From the NCBI RefSeq assembly GCF_046105845.1, contig NZ_CP151004.1: a DNA stretch of 64,000 bases; one strand, given 5' to 3'. The DNA is from Escherichia coli. Lineage in GTDB: Bacteria; Pseudomonadota; Gammaproteobacteria; Enterobacterales; Enterobacteriaceae. This document shows positions 46,741-56,475 of the stretch, in pieces (position 1 is the first letter of the stretch; each line of letters starts with the position of its first letter). Under the pieces are notes generated by a model that saw only the letters and a list, made by a program, of their open reading frames with translations, had not been told where the DNA came from and searched no databases. A program made the translations under genes and the position numbers.

Positions 46741-47676
46741 ATGGCTAATCCGCTATATCAGAAACATATCATTTCCATAAACGACCTTAGTCGCGATGAC
46801 CTTAATCTGGTGCTGGCGACAGCGGCGAAACTGAAAGCAAACCCGCAACCAGAGCTGTTGAAGCACAAAGTCATTGCCAGCTGTTTCTTCGAAGCCTCTA
46901 CCCGTACCCGCCTCTCTTTCGAAACTTCCATGCACCGCCTGGGTGCCAGCGTGGTGGGCTTCTCCGACAGCGCCAATACATCACTGGGTAAAAAAGGCGA
47001 AACGCTGGCCGATACCATTTCGGTTATCAGCACTTACGTCGATGCGATAGTGATGCGTCATCCGCAGGAAGGTGCGGCGCGCCTGGCCACCGAATTTTCC
47101 GGCAATGTACCGGTACTGAATGCCGGTGATGGCTCCAACCAACATCCGACGCAAACCTTGCTGGACTTATTCACCATTCAGGAAACCCAGGGGCGTCTGG
47201 ACAATCTCCACGTCGCAATGGTTGGTGACCTGAAATATGGCCGCACCGTTCACTCCCTGACTCAGGCGTTAGCGAAGTTCGACGGCAACCGTTTTTACTT
47301 CATCGCGCCGGACGCGCTGGCAATGCCGCAATACATTCTGGATATGCTCGATGAAAAAGGGATCGCCTGGAGTCTGCACAGCTCTATTGAAGAAGTGATG
47401 GCGGAAGTAGACATCCTGTACATGACTCGCGTGCAAAAAGAGCGTCTGGACCCGTCCGAGTACGCCAACGTGAAAGCGCAGTTTGTTCTTCGCGCCAGCG
47501 ATCTCCACAACGCCAAAGCCAATATGAAAGTGCTGCATCCGCTGCCGCGTGTTGATGAGATTGCCACCGATGTTGATAAAACGCCGCACGCCTGGTACTT
47601 CCAGCAGGCAGGCAACGGGATTTTCGCTCGCCAGGCGTTACTGGCACTGGTTCTGAATCGCGATCTGGTACTGTAA
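46741..47676 (+). CDS. pyrB: Aspartate carbamoyltransferase catalytic subunit PyrB, 311 aa
   Basis: STRTR and HPLP motifs. Confidence 0.97.
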
Positions 47677-47688
47677 GGGGAAATAGAG

Positions 47689-48150
47689 ATGACACACGAT
47701 AATAAATTGCAGGTTGAAGCTATTAAACGCGGCACGGTAATTGACCATATCCCCGCCCAGATCGGTTTTAAGCTGTTGAGTCTGTTCAAGCTGACCGAAA
47801 CGGATCAGCGCATCACCATTGGCCTGAACCTGCCTTCTGGCGAGATGGGCCGCAAAGATCTGATCAAAATTGAAAATACCTTTTTGAGTGAAGATCAGGT
47901 AGATCAACTGGCATTGTATGCGCCGCAAGCCACGGTAAATCGTATCGACAACTATGAAGTGGTTGGCAAATCGCGCCCCAGTCTGCCGGAGCGCATCGAC
48001 AATGTGCTGGTCTGCCCGAACAGCAACTGTATCAGCCATGCCGAACCGGTTTCTTCCAGCTTTGCCGTGCGAAAACGCGCCAATGACATCGCGCTCAAAT
48101 GCAAATACTGTGAAAAAGAGTTTTCCCATAATGTGGTGCTGGCCAATTAA
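47689..48150 (+). CDS. pyrI: Aspartate carbamoyltransferase regulatory subunit PyrI, 153 aa
   Basis: C-terminal zinc domain (CPNSNCISH...CKYCEKEF). Confidence 0.97.
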
Positions 48151-48222
48151 TTGCGGTTGGTAATAAAAGTCTGGCTCCCTATAATGAGCCAGACTTTTTA
48201 CCGCTGTAATAAAGGAGAAATC

Positions 48223-48609
48223 ATGAGCAAAACTATCGCGACGGAAAATGCACCGGCAGCTATCGGTCCTTACGTACAGGGCGTTGATCTGGGCAATATG
48301 ATCATCACCTCCGGTCAGATCCCGGTAAATCCGAAAACGGGCGAAGTACCGGCAGACGTCGCTGCACAGGCTCGTCAGTCGCTGGATAACGTAAAAGCGA
48401 TCGTCGAAGCCGCAGGCCTGAAAGTGGGCGACATCGTTAAAACCACCGTGTTTGTGAAAGATCTGAACGACTTCGCAACCGTTAATGCTACCTACGAAGC
48501 CTTCTTCACCGAACACAACGCCACCTTCCCGGCACGTTCTTGCGTTGAAGTTGCCCGTCTGCCGAAAGACGTGAAGATTGAGATCGAAGCGATCGCTGTT
48601 CGTCGCTAA
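48223..48609 (+). CDS. ridA: Enamine/imine deaminase RidA (YjgF), 128 aa
   Basis: Start at MSKTIATENAPAAIGPY; the ORF-track N-terminal extension is rejected. Confidence 0.9.
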   Translation: MSKTIATENAPAAIGPYVQGVDLGNMIITSGQIPVNPKTGEVPADVAAQARQSLDNVKAIVEAAGLKVGDIVKTTVFVKDLNDFATVNATYEAFFTEHNATFPARSCVEVARLPKDVKIEIEAIAVRR

Positions 48610-48667
48610 TCTTGATGGAAATCCGGGCTATCATGCCCGGATTAAGTCTGATGACAAACGCAAAATC

Positions 48668-48766
48668 GCCTGATGCGCTACGCTTATCAGGCCTACGTGA
48701 TTCCTGCAATTTATTGAATTTGTAGGCCGGATTGGGCGTTTACGCCGCATCCGGCATGAACAAAGC
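48668..48766. repeat. REP elements (BIME) between ridA and mgtA
   Basis: GCCTGATGCGCTACGCTTATCAGGCCTAC and GCCGGATTGGGCGTTTACGCCGCATCCGGC palindromic units in inverted orientation. Confidence 0.7.
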
Positions 48767-48814
48767 TCACTTTGTCTGCAATCTGAATCCGGGCCACCAT
48801 GCCCAGTTTATTCT

Positions 48815-51511
48815 TTACTGCCAGCCGTAACGACGGCTATAGAACCCTTTCACCAACTGGGTTAACGTCATATACCCTGCCAGAATCGCAACCAGCCACG
48901 GGAAATAGCTTAACGGCAGCGCCTGCAGCTGCAGATAACTGGCCAGCGGTGAAAACGGCAATGCGATCCCGACAATCATCACGATCACGGTCATGATCAT
49001 TAACGGCCACGATGCACAGCTCTGAATAAACGGTACACGACGGGTGCGGATCATATGCACAATCAGCGTTTGCGACAGTAAGCCCACCACAAACCAGCCC
49101 GACTGGAACAGCGTTTGCGTTTCCGGCGTGTTGGCATGGAATACCCACCACATCAGGCAAAACGTCAGAATATCGAAGATCGAGCTGATCGGTCCGAAGA
49201 AGATCATAAAGCGCCCCAGATCCGCCGGATTCCAACGCTGCGGCTTTTGAATTTGCTCGTCGTCGACGTTATCAAACGGGATCGCCACCTGTGACACATC
49301 GTACAGCAGGTTCTGAATAAGCAAGTGTAACGGCAACATCGGCAGGAAGGGCAAGAAAGCACTCGCCACCAGCACGCTGAACACATTACCGAAGTTAGAG
49401 CTCGCCGTCATTTTGATGTATTTCAGCATGTTGGCGAAAGTGCGACGTCCCTCAATAACCCCCTCTTCCAGCACCATCAGGCTTTTTTCCAGCAGGATGA
49501 TATCAGCCGCTTCACGGGCAATATCTACCGCGCCGTCCACAGAAATGCCGATATCCGCAGCACGTAAGGCGGGCGCATCATTTATACCATCGCCCATAAA
49601 GCCAACCACATGCCCTTCGCGCTTCAGTAAGGTCACAATGCGTTCTTTATGCATCGGCGTCAGGCGAGCAAACAGCGTGGTGCGCTGTGCGAGATTTGCC
49701 AGTTCATCGTCAGATAGCGTTTCAATATCACTACCAATGACCACCTCTCCCGCGTCCAGCCCCACTTCATGGCACACTTTCGCTGCAACTAACTCACTGT
49801 CGCCAGTAAGGATTTTTACGGTAATGCCACTCGCTTTTAATGCCTTCAGTGCCGGAGCAGTTGTCTCTTTTGGCGGATCAAGGAAAGCAATATATCCTTC
49901 GAGGATCAGGTCGGATTCATCCGCTCGCTGGTAATCGCCTTCACGCGCTGGCAGGTATTTCGTCGCCACCGCAACCACGCGCAGCCCCTGACGATTCAGC
50001 GTATCGGTAACCCGCTTAATCTTACGCAGCATGGTGTCATCGAGTGGTACAATCTCGCCATTGTGACGCACCTGCGAACACACATTGAGGATTTCCTGCA
50101 ATGCGCCTTTGCAAACCAGCTGATGGTGTTCGGTATTTTCTGCCACTACCACCGACATCCGGCGACGCTCGAAATCAAACGGAATCTCATCAATTTTTTG
50201 CCAACGGCTGGCCAGCGAGCGCGCTGACTCTTCATCCGTACCTTCGAGCACCGCTGTATCAAGCAGGTTTTTAAGCCCGGTCTGGTAATGACTGTTCAAC
50301 CACGCGCTATGCAGCACGCGTTCGCTGGTTTTACCGGAGATATCGGTATGATTCTCCAGCACAATTTTATCCTGTGTCAGGGTGCCGGTTTTATCAGTGC
50401 ACAGAATATCCATTGCGCCAAAGTTCTGAATGGCATCCAGATGCTTGACGATCACTTTCTGTTTCGACAGCTTTACTGCGCCGCGCGCCAGCGTCGAGGT
50501 AACAATCATCGGCAACATTTCTGGCGTTAAGCCTACCGCGACCGAAAGCGCAAACAGCGCCGCTTCCCACCAGTCGCCTTTGGTGTAACCATTGATTAAC
50601 AGCACCACCGGTGCCATCACCAGCATAAAGCGAATCAGCAGCATACTGACGCGGCTGATCCCTTGCTGAAAGGCATTCGGCTCGCTTTCCTGCTCACTAA
50701 CACGCCCCGCCAGTTGACCAAACCAGGTGTTGGCTCCTGTAGCAATCACCATTGCTTGTGCCGTGCCGCTCACCACGGTGGTGCCCATAAAACACAGGGT
50801 GTCGCACTCCAGTGGATTGCTGTGCTCCGGCTGGCGAGTAGTAGCGGCTTTTTCCACGGGCAGAGACTCACCGGTTAACGACGCCTGAGCGACGAACAGA
50901 TCCCGCGCCTGCAAGATACGTAAATCTGCCGGGATCATATCCCCTGCCGCCAGTTTTATAATATCGCCGGGCACCAGCTGGTCGATCGGGATCTCCAGCC
51001 AGCCATTTTCGCCTTTGTCGTTAATTACGCGCAGCACCGTCGCGGTATTGCTGACCATCGCTTTCAGGGCATCTGCCGCTTTAGTGGAACGTGCTTCCTG
51101 AATAAAGTTCAGCAACGTAGAAATAGCGACCATTAGCGCGATAACGCCCGCGGCAAATAAATCTTCCGTGGCGTAAGAAATAGCGCCGAGAATGGTGAGT
51201 AAAATATTAAAGGGGTTGCGATAGCAGACCCATAAATGTACCCACCACGGCGACGGTTGTTGTGCGGGTAATTTATTATCACCATGTTGTTCGCGGGCAG
51301 ATTCCACTTCCGCCTGATTTAATCCTTCCGGATGGGTGTCGAACGTTTTCCACAATTCTTCTTCGGGCATCACCGCCATTTTCAGGCAATGCGCACTTAA
51401 GGACGGCGGGACCGCCGTATTCACTGTCTGCTGCGCGCCAGGCAATGGATCGCGATGAACCAGACGGGAAGGTAAATGGCGAATGAACCGGGTAAAAATT
51501 TCTTTAAACAT
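48815..51511 (-). CDS. mgtA: Mg2+-importing P-type ATPase MgtA, 898 aa
   Basis: DKTGTLT phosphorylation motif and GDGINDAPAL. Confidence 0.97.
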   Translation of the reverse strand: MFKEIFTRFIRHLPSRLVHRDPLPGAQQTVNTAVPPSLSAHCLKMAVMPEEELWKTFDTHPEGLNQAEVESAREQHGDNKLPAQQPSPWWVHLWVCYRNPFNILLTILGAISYATEDLFAAGVIALMVAISTLLNFIQEARSTKAADALKAMVSNTATVLRVINDKGENGWLEIPIDQLVPGDIIKLAAGDMIPADLRILQARDLFVAQASLTGESLPVEKAATTRQPEHSNPLECDTLCFMGTTVVSGTAQAMVIATGANTWFGQLAGRVSEQESEPNAFQQGISRVSMLLIRFMLVMAPVVLLINGYTKGDWWEAALFALSVAVGLTPEMLPMIVTSTLARGAVKLSKQKVIVKHLDAIQNFGAMDILCTDKTGTLTQDKIVLENHTDISGKTSERVLHSAWLNSHYQTGLKNLLDTAVLEGTDEESARSLASRWQKIDEIPFDFERRRMSVVVAENTEHHQLVCKGALQEILNVCSQVRHNGEIVPLDDTMLRKIKRVTDTLNRQGLRVVAVATKYLPAREGDYQRADESDLILEGYIAFLDPPKETTAPALKALKASGITVKILTGDSELVAAKVCHEVGLDAGEVVIGSDIETLSDDELANLAQRTTLFARLTPMHKERIVTLLKREGHVVGFMGDGINDAPALRAADIGISVDGAVDIAREAADIILLEKSLMVLEEGVIEGRRTFANMLKYIKMTASSNFGNVFSVLVASAFLPFLPMLPLHLLIQNLLYDVSQVAIPFDNVDDEQIQKPQRWNPADLGRFMIFFGPISSIFDILTFCLMWWVFHANTPETQTLFQSGWFVVGLLSQTLIVHMIRTRRVPFIQSCASWPLMIMTVIVMIVGIALPFSPLASYLQLQALPLSYFPWLVAILAGYMTLTQLVKGFYSRRYGWQ

Positions 51512-51780
51512 AAGGAGTCCCTCCGTACTGTCTGAAACAGTACAGAAATGTCTTCAGGCGTGGCGAAGCCTTACCTGAAGGTAATAAAGCTGAGCAGGGA
51601 CGTTAAAACGTCACGGCCTTACGCATCCGGTAACGCCGTGAAAAGACGGGCTTACCGGAAAAGTTTTAATCTCCGTCGAGGGAGAGGCGTGGGATCAGGT
51701 TCCATATAACCTCCGGTAAGTGAAAAAAGCGCCGCAAATAATAAGGAGAATCCAATAATATTCGTAGCATCTATGGCGAT
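51512..51780 (-). promoter_or_regulatory. mgtA 5' leader region (Mg2+- and proline-responsive), containing mgtL
   Basis: Long untranslated region between the promoter and mgtA that contains the proline-rich leader ORF. Confidence 0.5.
51652..51705 (-). CDS. mgtL: mgtA leader peptide MgtL, 17 aa
   Basis: [17 protein letters not shown] encoded immediately upstream of mgtA. Confidence 0.75.
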
Positions 51781-51889
51781 ATAATACCTGCTGGCAACTA
51801 AACCAACGATAAACCAGACTTTACCCATTGCTGAATGCACGGGTAAAGTTAGGCTCAAATAATTAAACAACACGTTACGGGACAACAGG

Positions 51890-52837
51890 ATGCAAAATCG
51901 GCTGACCATCAAAGACATCGCGCGCTTAAGCGGCGTGGGGAAATCTACGGTTTCCCGGGTGCTGAATAACGAAAGCGGCGTGAGCCAGCGCACGCGCGAG
52001 CGTGTTGAAGCAGTGATGAATCAGCATGGATTTTCCCCTTCCCGCTCTGCGCGCGCTATGCGTGGTCAAAGCGATAAAGTGGTCGCCATCATTGTTACCC
52101 GTCTGGATTCGTTGTCAGAAAATCTCGCCGTTCAAACCATGCTGCCAGCGTTCTATGAACAAGGTTACGACCCAATCATGATGGAAAGTCAGTTTTCCCC
52201 GCAATTAGTTGCCGAACATTTGGGGGTGCTGAAACGGCGTAATATCGACGGCGTAGTGCTGTTCGGTTTTACCGGCATAACAGAAGAAATGTTAGCCCAC
52301 TGGCAGTCATCGCTGGTTCTGCTGGCGCGTGACGCAAAAGGCTTTGCTTCGGTCTGTTATGACGACGAAGGGGCAATCAAGATCCTGATGCAACGGCTGT
52401 ATGACCAGGGACATCGTAATATCAGTTATCTCGGCGTGCCGCACAGTGACGTGACGACCGGTAAGCGACGTCACGAAGCCTACCTGGCGTTCTGCAAAGC
52501 GCATAAACTGCATCCCGTTGCCGCCCTGCCAGGCCTTGCTATGAAGCAAGGCTATGAGAACGTAGCAAAAGTGATTACGCCTGAAACTACCGCCTTACTG
52601 TGCGCAACCGACACGCTGGCACTTGGTGCAAGTAAATACCTGCAAGAGCAACGCATCGACACCTTGCAACTGGCGAGCGTCGGTAATACGCCGTTAATGA
52701 AATTCCTCCATCCGGAGATCGTCACCGTAGATCCCGGTTACGCCGAAGCTGGACGCCAGGCGGCCTGCCAGTTGATCGCGCAGGTAACCGGGCGCAGCGA
52801 ACCGCAACAAATCATCATCCCCGCCACCCTGTCCTGA
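51890..52837 (+). CDS. treR: Trehalose operon repressor TreR (LacI family), 315 aa
   Basis: N-terminal HTH (IKDIARLSGVGKSTVSRVLN). Confidence 0.95.
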   Translation: MQNRLTIKDIARLSGVGKSTVSRVLNNESGVSQRTRERVEAVMNQHGFSPSRSARAMRGQSDKVVAIIVTRLDSLSENLAVQTMLPAFYEQGYDPIMMESQFSPQLVAEHLGVLKRRNIDGVVLFGFTGITEEMLAHWQSSLVLLARDAKGFASVCYDDEGAIKILMQRLYDQGHRNISYLGVPHSDVTTGKRRHEAYLAFCKAHKLHPVAALPGLAMKQGYENVAKVITPETTALLCATDTLALGASKYLQEQRIDTLQLASVGNTPLMKFLHPEIVTVDPGYAEAGRQAACQLIAQVTGRSEPQQIIIPATLS

Positions 52838-52955
52838 TCGTTTCCTGAACGATAAATTGTGATCTTCGCTGCGTTTCGGGAACGTTCCCGTTTTTAAATT
52901 TTTCCGCGCAATATATTCTGCAGCCAACCAAAAATGTCATCTGCCATGGGGCTTT

Positions 52956-54377
52956 ATGATGAGCAAAATAAACCAAACGGATATCGATCGGTTGATTGAA
53001 CTGGTCGGCGGGCGCGGCAATATTGCGACGGTGAGCCACTGTATAACTCGCCTGCGCTTTGTCCTCAACCAACCGGCCAATGCCAGACCGAAAGAAATTG
53101 AGCAACTCCCCATGGTGAAAGGCTGTTTCACCAATGCCGGGCAATTTCAGGTGGTAATTGGCACCAACGTGGGTGATTACTATCAAGCACTGATAGCGTC
53201 AACCGGACAGGCGCAGGTTGATAAAGAGCAGGTAAAAAAAGCCGCCCGGCAGAATATGAAATGGCATGAGCAGTTGATCTCTCATTTCGCGGAGATTTTC
53301 TTCCCGTTGCTGCCCGCGTTGATTAGCGGCGGTTTGATCCTCGGTTTTCGCAATGTGATCGGCGATTTGCCCATGAGCAACGGTCAGACGCTGGCGCAAA
53401 TGTACCCTTCCCTGCAAACGATCTACGATTTTCTGTGGTTGATCGGTGAAGCGATCTTCTTCTACCTACCGGTCGGGATTTGCTGGTCAGCGGTGAAAAA
53501 AATGGGCGGTACACCGATCCTCGGTATCGTGCTTGGCGTAACGCTGGTTTCTCCACAGCTGATGAACGCTTATCTGCTCGGGCAGCAGCTGCCGGAAGTA
53601 TGGGACTTTGGCATGTTCAGCATCGCCAAAGTGGGCTATCAGGCGCAGGTGATCCCGGCACTGTTAGCCGGGCTGGCGCTGGGCGTTATTGAAACTCGCC
53701 TTAAACGCATCGTGCCGGATTACCTCTATCTGGTGGTGGTGCCCGTCTGTTCGCTGATCCTCGCGGTGTTCCTCGCCCATGCGCTGATTGGTCCGTTTGG
53801 TCGCATGATTGGCGATGGCGTTGCCTTTGCGGTACGTCACCTGATGACCGGCAGCTTTGCTCCGATTGGCGCGGCATTGTTTGGCTTCCTGTACGCCCCG
53901 CTGGTGATCACCGGCGTACATCAGACCACGCTTGCTATTGATTTGCAGATGATTCAAAGCATGGGTGGTACGCCAGTGTGGCCGCTGATTGCGCTGTCGA
54001 ATATCGCTCAGGGTTCCGCCGTGATAGGCATTATCATTTCCAGCCGCAAGCACAATGAACGCGAGATCTCCGTGCCTGCCGCTATCTCCGCCTGGCTTGG
54101 AGTCACTGAGCCTGCTATGTACGGCATCAACCTGAAATATCGCTTCCCGATGCTGTGCGCGATGGTTGGTTCTGGTCTGGCAGGATTGCTATGCGGCCTG
54201 AACGGCGTTATGGCGAATGGCATCGGCGTAGGCGGCCTGCCGGGAATTCTCTCGATTCAACCGAGCTACTGGCAGGTGTTTGCGCTGGCAATGGCTATCG
54301 CCATCATCATCCCGATTGTACTCACCTCGTTTATCTATCAGCGGAAATACCGCCTGGGCACGCTGGACATTGTTTAA
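52956..54377 (+). CDS. treB: PTS trehalose-specific EIIBC component TreB, 473 aa
   Basis: EIIB cysteine motif (VSHCITRLR) followed by a polytopic EIIC domain. Confidence 0.95.
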   Translation: MMSKINQTDIDRLIELVGGRGNIATVSHCITRLRFVLNQPANARPKEIEQLPMVKGCFTNAGQFQVVIGTNVGDYYQALIASTGQAQVDKEQVKKAARQNMKWHEQLISHFAEIFFPLLPALISGGLILGFRNVIGDLPMSNGQTLAQMYPSLQTIYDFLWLIGEAIFFYLPVGICWSAVKKMGGTPILGIVLGVTLVSPQLMNAYLLGQQLPEVWDFGMFSIAKVGYQAQVIPALLAGLALGVIETRLKRIVPDYLYLVVVPVCSLILAVFLAHALIGPFGRMIGDGVAFAVRHLMTGSFAPIGAALFGFLYAPLVITGVHQTTLAIDLQMIQSMGGTPVWPLIALSNIAQGSAVIGIIISSRKHNEREISVPAAISAWLGVTEPAMYGINLKYRFPMLCAMVGSGLAGLLCGLNGVMANGIGVGGLPGILSIQPSYWQVFALAMAIAIIIPIVLTSFIYQRKYRLGTLDIV

Positions 54378-54426
54378 TTTTCTTCGGGGCGCAATTGCGC
54401 CCCCTCGCATTTGCAGGAATAACGTA

Positions 54427-56082
54427 ATGACTCATCTTCCCCACTGGTGGCAAAACGGCGTTATCTACCAGATTTATCCAAAGAGTTTTCAGGACACCAC
54501 GGGTAGCGGCACCGGCGATTTACGTGGCGTTATCCAGCGCCTGGACTATCTGCATAAACTGGGCGTTGATGCCATCTGGCTAACCCCCTTTTATGTCTCT
54601 CCCCAGGTCGATAACGGTTACGACGTAGCGAACTATACAGCGATTGATCCCACCTACGGCACGCTGGACGATTTTGACGAACTGGTGACACAGGCAAAAT
54701 CGCGCGGGATTCATATCATTCTCGATATGGTGTTTAACCATACCTCTACCCAACATGCCTGGTTTCGCGAGGCGCTGAACAAAGCAAGCCCTTACCGCCA
54801 GTTTTATATCTGGCGCGATGGAGAACCAGAAACGCCACCGAACAACTGGCGTTCAAAATTTGGTGGTAGCGCGTGGCGCTGGCATGCGGAAAGCGAACAG
54901 TACTATTTGCATCTCTTTGCACCAGAACAGGCGGATCTCAACTGGGAGAATCCAGCGGTACGCGCAGAGCTGAAAAAAGTCTGTGAGTTCTGGGCCGATC
55001 GTGGGGTCGACGGGTTGCGCCTGGATGTGGTGAATCTGATCTCCAAAGACCCGCGTTTCCCTGATGACCTGGATGGCGACGGGCGTCGCTTCTACACCGA
55101 CGGGCCACGAGCACACGAGTTTTTGCACGAGATGAACCGCGATGTGTTTACGCCACGCGGGTTAATGACCGTAGGTGAAATGTCCTCCACCAGCCTTGAG
55201 CATTGCCAGCGATACGCGGCACTGACAGGCAGTGAATTGTCGATGACCTTTAATTTTCATCACCTGAAAGTCGATTATCCCGGTGGTGAAAAATGGACGC
55301 TGGCTAAACCTGACTTTGTAGCGTTGAAAACATTGTTCCGCCACTGGCAACAAGGAATGCACAACGTGGCATGGAATGCCTTGTTCTGGTGTAACCACGA
55401 TCAGCCGCGCATTGTTTCTCGCTTTGGTGATGAAGGTGAATACCGCGTGCCTGCGGCAAAAATGCTGGCGATGGTGCTGCATGGCATGCAGGGAACGCCA
55501 TATATCTACCAGGGCGAAGAGATTGGCATGACTAACCCACATTTCACGCGCATTACTGACTATCGCGACGTGGAGAGCCTCAATATGTTTGCCGAGCTGC
55601 GCAACGATGGGCGTGATGCCGACGAGTTATTGGCAATCCTCGCCAGTAAATCCCGTGACAACAGCCGCACGCCCATGCAATGGAGCAACGGCGATAATGC
55701 CGGGTTTACGGCTGGCGAACCGTGGATTGGCCTGGGCGATAACTATCAGGAAATCAACGTAGAAGCCGCGCTGACCGATGAGTCCTCGGTGTTTTACACC
55801 TACCAAAAGTTAATCGCACTGCGTAAGCAAGAAGCCGTTCTGACATGGGGCGATTACCAGGATCTGCTGCCAAACAGCCCTGTATTGTGGTGCTATCGCC
55901 GTGAATGGAAGGGGCAAACCTTGTTGGTCATTGCCAACCTTAGCCGTGAGATCCAACCCTGGCAGCCAGGGAAAATGCTCGGCAACTGGCAGCTTGTGAT
56001 GCATAACTACGAAGAAGCCTCACCACAACCCTGTGCCATGACTTTACGGCCTTTTGAGGCTGTCTGGTGGTTACAGAAGTAA
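54427..56082 (+). CDS. treC: Trehalose-6-phosphate hydrolase TreC (GH13), 551 aa
   Basis: GH13 catalytic motifs (DMVFNHTS, GLRLDVVN); start at MTHLPHWW. Confidence 0.95.
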   Translation: MTHLPHWWQNGVIYQIYPKSFQDTTGSGTGDLRGVIQRLDYLHKLGVDAIWLTPFYVSPQVDNGYDVANYTAIDPTYGTLDDFDELVTQAKSRGIHIILDMVFNHTSTQHAWFREALNKASPYRQFYIWRDGEPETPPNNWRSKFGGSAWRWHAESEQYYLHLFAPEQADLNWENPAVRAELKKVCEFWADRGVDGLRLDVVNLISKDPRFPDDLDGDGRRFYTDGPRAHEFLHEMNRDVFTPRGLMTVGEMSSTSLEHCQRYAALTGSELSMTFNFHHLKVDYPGGEKWTLAKPDFVALKTLFRHWQQGMHNVAWNALFWCNHDQPRIVSRFGDEGEYRVPAAKMLAMVLHGMQGTPYIYQGEEIGMTNPHFTRITDYRDVESLNMFAELRNDGRDADELLAILASKSRDNSRTPMQWSNGDNAGFTAGEPWIGLGDNYQEINVEAALTDESSVFYTYQKLIALRKQEAVLTWGDYQDLLPNSPVLWCYRREWKGQTLLVIANLSREIQPWQPGKMLGNWQLVMHNYEEASPQPCAMTLRPFEAVWWLQK

Positions 56083-56475
56083 ATCTTCCCTAAGCCCCGG
56101 TAATGCCGATCATTCCGGGGTTTTGTCTGTCAGCATGTTGTTTTTGTTGATTTTTCAACCAGCAAATTCATTAAAAAATTTACATATCGCTGTAGCGCCC
56201 GTCATCCGTACGCTCTGCTTTTTACTTTGAGCTACATCAAAAAAAGTTCAAACATCCTTGATGCAAAGCACTATATATAGACTTTAAAATGCGTCCCAAC
56301 CCAATATGTTGTATTAATCGACTATAATTGCTACTACAGCTCCCCACGAAAAACGTGCGGCGTTGTGGATAAGCGGATGGCGATTGCGGAAAGCACCGGA
56401 AAACGAAACGAAAAAACCGGAAAACGCCTTTCCCAATTTCTGTGGATAACCTGTTCTTAAAAATATGGAGCGATC

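Noticed and set aside
47638-48516. 292-aa minus-strand ORF spanning pyrI and ridA
   Set aside because: Antisense to two well-supported genes and crosses their intergenic region; not a plausible gene.
56255-56320. Possible NrdR boxes upstream of nrdD (CACTATATATAG and CCCAATATGTTGTAT)
   Set aside because: Sequences resemble NrdR-box half-sites but the spacing and consensus could not be verified without a motif model; left unannotated.
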